Origin: Bdellovibrionota bacterium
Lineage (GTDB): Bacteria > Bdellovibrionota_C > UBA2361 > JAAYZI01
Reading direction: 5' to 3'
NCBI GenBank assembly: GCA_050950765.1
Contig: JBMNIF010000002.1
Location: 768,001-832,000 of the forward strand
DNA length: 64,000 nucleotides
Shown: positions 62,096 to 64,000 of the stretch, one piece after another
Layout of the letters: the number at the start of each line of letters is the position of its first letter
How positions within the stretch are numbered: position 1 is the stretch's first letter
Notes under the pieces: generated by a model
What the model was told of the DNA's origin: nothing
Seen by the model: only the letters and a program-made list of their open reading frames with translations
The model's database searches: none
Program-made: the position numbers and the translations under genes

Positions 62096-62123
62096 TTAAG
62101 TTTTCCTACGATACTGCCGATAA
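62096..62123 (+). promoter_or_regulatory. sigma28 (FliA/SigD)-type promoter
   Basis: TTAA-GTTTTCCTACGATACT(16)-GCCGATAA, with a perfect -10 element. Confidence 0.75.
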
Positions 62124-62184
62124 AACTAAGGATTGATATCGACTCACTAAAATGGGGTGTGGGATTACTCTCTTAAGGGTTCAG

Positions 62185-64000
62185 ATGAATAAAAAGAATT
62201 TGAAGGATATTAAGGTAGGTTTTGCTAAGGGGGAGGGAGTTTTTAGCAAGCACTTAAAAACCGTAAAGCTCTTTTTTATTCCGATGAGCCTCTCTTTTAT
62301 TACTCTATTTTTTACAAACGTTGCTCTTTCTCAAACAGTTACAACAGAATCGTTGCAATCAGTAAGTGCTGGGGCAGGTCATACCTGCGGCATAACAACA
62401 GATAGTAATAAAAATGTAGAGTGTTGGGGATTGAACTCTTCCGGACAATTGGGGATCAATTCTGCGGTTGATAAAACCACCCCTGCTAGAGTTTTTAAAG
62501 GAGAGCAGGATGGCTTCGGTTTATACTTAGAGGATGCAAGCCAAGTTTCTGCAGGTCATGATCATACCTGCGCCGTAACAGGAGATGGAGAGCTCTACTG
62601 TTGGGGAAATAATAGCACCTCACAATTAGGGAATAATGGTCCAACTGGATATCACACTACCCCTGTTAGAGTTTTAAAAGGAGAGCAAGGAGGTGTAGGT
62701 ACATATTTAAAAGATGTAAGCCAAGTTTCTGCTGGATATGGTCATACCTGTGCCGTAACAACACAAGGAGAACTCTACTGTTGGGGAGATAATGACTATG
62801 GGCGGTTGGGAATAAATCCTTCAACTTGGTCGGCAACCACTCCTGCTAGGGTTTTAAAAGGAGAACAGGGAGGTGCAGGTACGTATTTAAAAGATGTAAG
62901 CCAAGTTTCTACTGGAGCTAATCACACCTGTGCCGTAACAACACAAGGAGAACTCTACTGTTGGGGAGATAATGACTATGGGCGGTTGGGAATAAATCCT
63001 TCAACTTGGTCGGCAACCACTCCTGCTAGGGTTTTAAAAGGAGAACAGGGAGGTGCAGGTACGTATTTAGAAGATGTAAGCCAAGTTTCTGCTGGAGAAT
63101 ATCATACCTGCGCCGTCACAACTCAAGGAGAGCTCTACTGTTGGGGTTTAAATTTCACTGGACAATTGGGGATTAATTCTACCTTAGATCAAACTATCCC
63201 TGTTAGAACTTTAAAAGGTGAACAAGGTGGTGTAGGCACATATTTAGAAGATGTAAGTCAAGTTTCCACTGGGAAATATTATACTTGTGCTGTAACAACA
63301 GGTGGAGAGCTTTACTGTTGGGGATTAAATTCCTCCGGACAGTTGGGGAACTATTCTACCTTAGATCAAAGCACCCCTGTTAGAGTTTTAAAAGGAGCGC
63401 AGACAGGTATAGGGTCATATCTAGAAAATATAAGTCAAGTTACTACGGGGGATATTCACACCTGTGGTGTAATAACAGGTGGTGAGCTTTACTGTTGGGG
63501 CAATAATACTATTGGCGAATTAGGTGATGGCACAACCACTAATTATTTAACACCTGCTAAGATTTTTGATGGTTCCGGATCTGCACCGTGTCAAAATGCC
63601 TGTTGTGCGCACTGGAATTACGGAAATATAGGGGTAGCGTGTTCTGCCGAAAATGTATTTGGGTGTTACGGAGCAGCAGGAGGTTATAGCGTAGTTTGTG
63701 GAGAAGATGCACCGACAGGAACTCCTACTCCTTCTCCTACCCCCACACCTAGTTTAGATGCTTGTCCAGATGATCCGAATAAAACTGAACCTGGAATTTG
63801 CGGTTGTGGCGTACCTGATGTTGATAATAATCATAATGGCATTATTGATTGCCTAGACCCGAAGGTGCCGACGGAGGACGTCGTTACTCCAAAGACTAAG
63901 CCTGCTACTCCTGAAGTAAAGTTAAGAAAAAGAAATAATATCGTTGTTTTTATGCAACGGTTTAAACGTGCAGAGCTGCTGCAAAGATTTAGTAACGTCT
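62185..64000 (+). CDS. secreted RCC1-repeat protein, 3'-truncated by window end (absent from ORF track)
   Basis: Open frame from ATG 62185: MNKKNLKDIKVGFA..., signal peptide, seven blades, CQNACCAHW, PT linker, [24 protein letters not shown], then the start of the basic domain (PEVKLRKRNNIVVFMQRFKRAEL). Confidence 0.9.
   Translation, partial: MNKKNLKDIKVGFAKGEGVFSKHLKTVKLFFIPMSLSFITLFFTNVALSQTVTTESLQSVSAGAGHTCGITTDSNKNVECWGLNSSGQLGINSAVDKTTPARVFKGEQDGFGLYLEDASQVSAGHDHTCAVTGDGELYCWGNNSTSQLGNNGPTGYHTTPVRVLKGEQGGVGTYLKDVSQVSAGYGHTCAVTTQGELYCWGDNDYGRLGINPSTWSATTPARVLKGEQGGAGTYLKDVSQVSTGANHTCAVTTQGELYCWGDNDYGRLGINPSTWSATTPARVLKGEQGGAGTYLEDVSQVSAGEYHTCAVTTQGELYCWGLNFTGQLGINSTLDQTIPVRTLKGEQGGVGTYLEDVSQVSTGKYYTCAVTTGGELYCWGLNSSGQLGNYSTLDQSTPVRVLKGAQTGIGSYLENISQVTTGDIHTCGVITGGELYCWGNNTIGELGDGTTTNYLTPAKIFDGSGSAPCQNACCAHWNYGNIGVACSAENVFGCYGAAGGYSVVCGEDAPTGTPTPSPTPTPSLDACPDDPNKTEPGICGCGVPDVDNNHNGIIDCLDPKVPTEDVVTPKTKPATPEVKLRKRNNIVVFMQRFKRAELLQRFSNV

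Noticed and set aside
19190..63146. Diversity-generating retroelement (TR/VR pair) explaining the near-identical RCC1 segments
   Set aside because: No reverse transcriptase in the window. Differences are not adenine-restricted (e.g. TCT>CCT, CAT>GAT) and include block replacements.

Overview
Chromosomal window from a low-to-moderate-GC diderm bacterium (MsbA, Skp, SurA, PilD and sigma54 activators are present). The gene style suggests a deltaproteobacterial or Bdellovibrionota-like lineage, but this is inference only. Housekeeping genes (purT 3' end, surA-like, PMM/PGM, uvrA-like, hemH, msbA, pilD, gyrA, gpsA, skp) are interleaved with five large predicted secreted proteins: a Cys-rich zinc metalloprotease, a ~3360-aa multi-propeller RCC1-repeat protein, a Kelch/Ig-like protein and two further RCC1-repeat paralogues, the last running off the window end. 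The most notable pattern is in the three RCC1 genes. (i) Each has a near-identical sigma28/FliA-type promoter. (ii) All end in the same Ca-binding linker plus a strongly basic C-terminal domain, a candidate sorting or anchoring signal. (iii) They appear to exchange nucleotide-identical propeller-blade blocks across ~40 kb in inverted orientation, with differences concentrated in surface loops. Together this suggests a recombination-diversified adhesin/receptor repertoire. Also present: an intact IS1634-like element with a 6-bp TSD inserted into a dispersed mosaic repeat family that carries IHF consensus sites; an orphan repeat-spacer-repeat unit (36-38 bp hairpin repeats); a 44-bp VNTR that supplies a glycosyltransferase RBS; a stand-alone transposase N-terminal domain; and a degenerate HisKA protein coupled to a sigma54 activator. 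No cas, reverse transcriptase, tRNA or rRNA genes were recognised. All family assignments are by motif recognition, without database searches.
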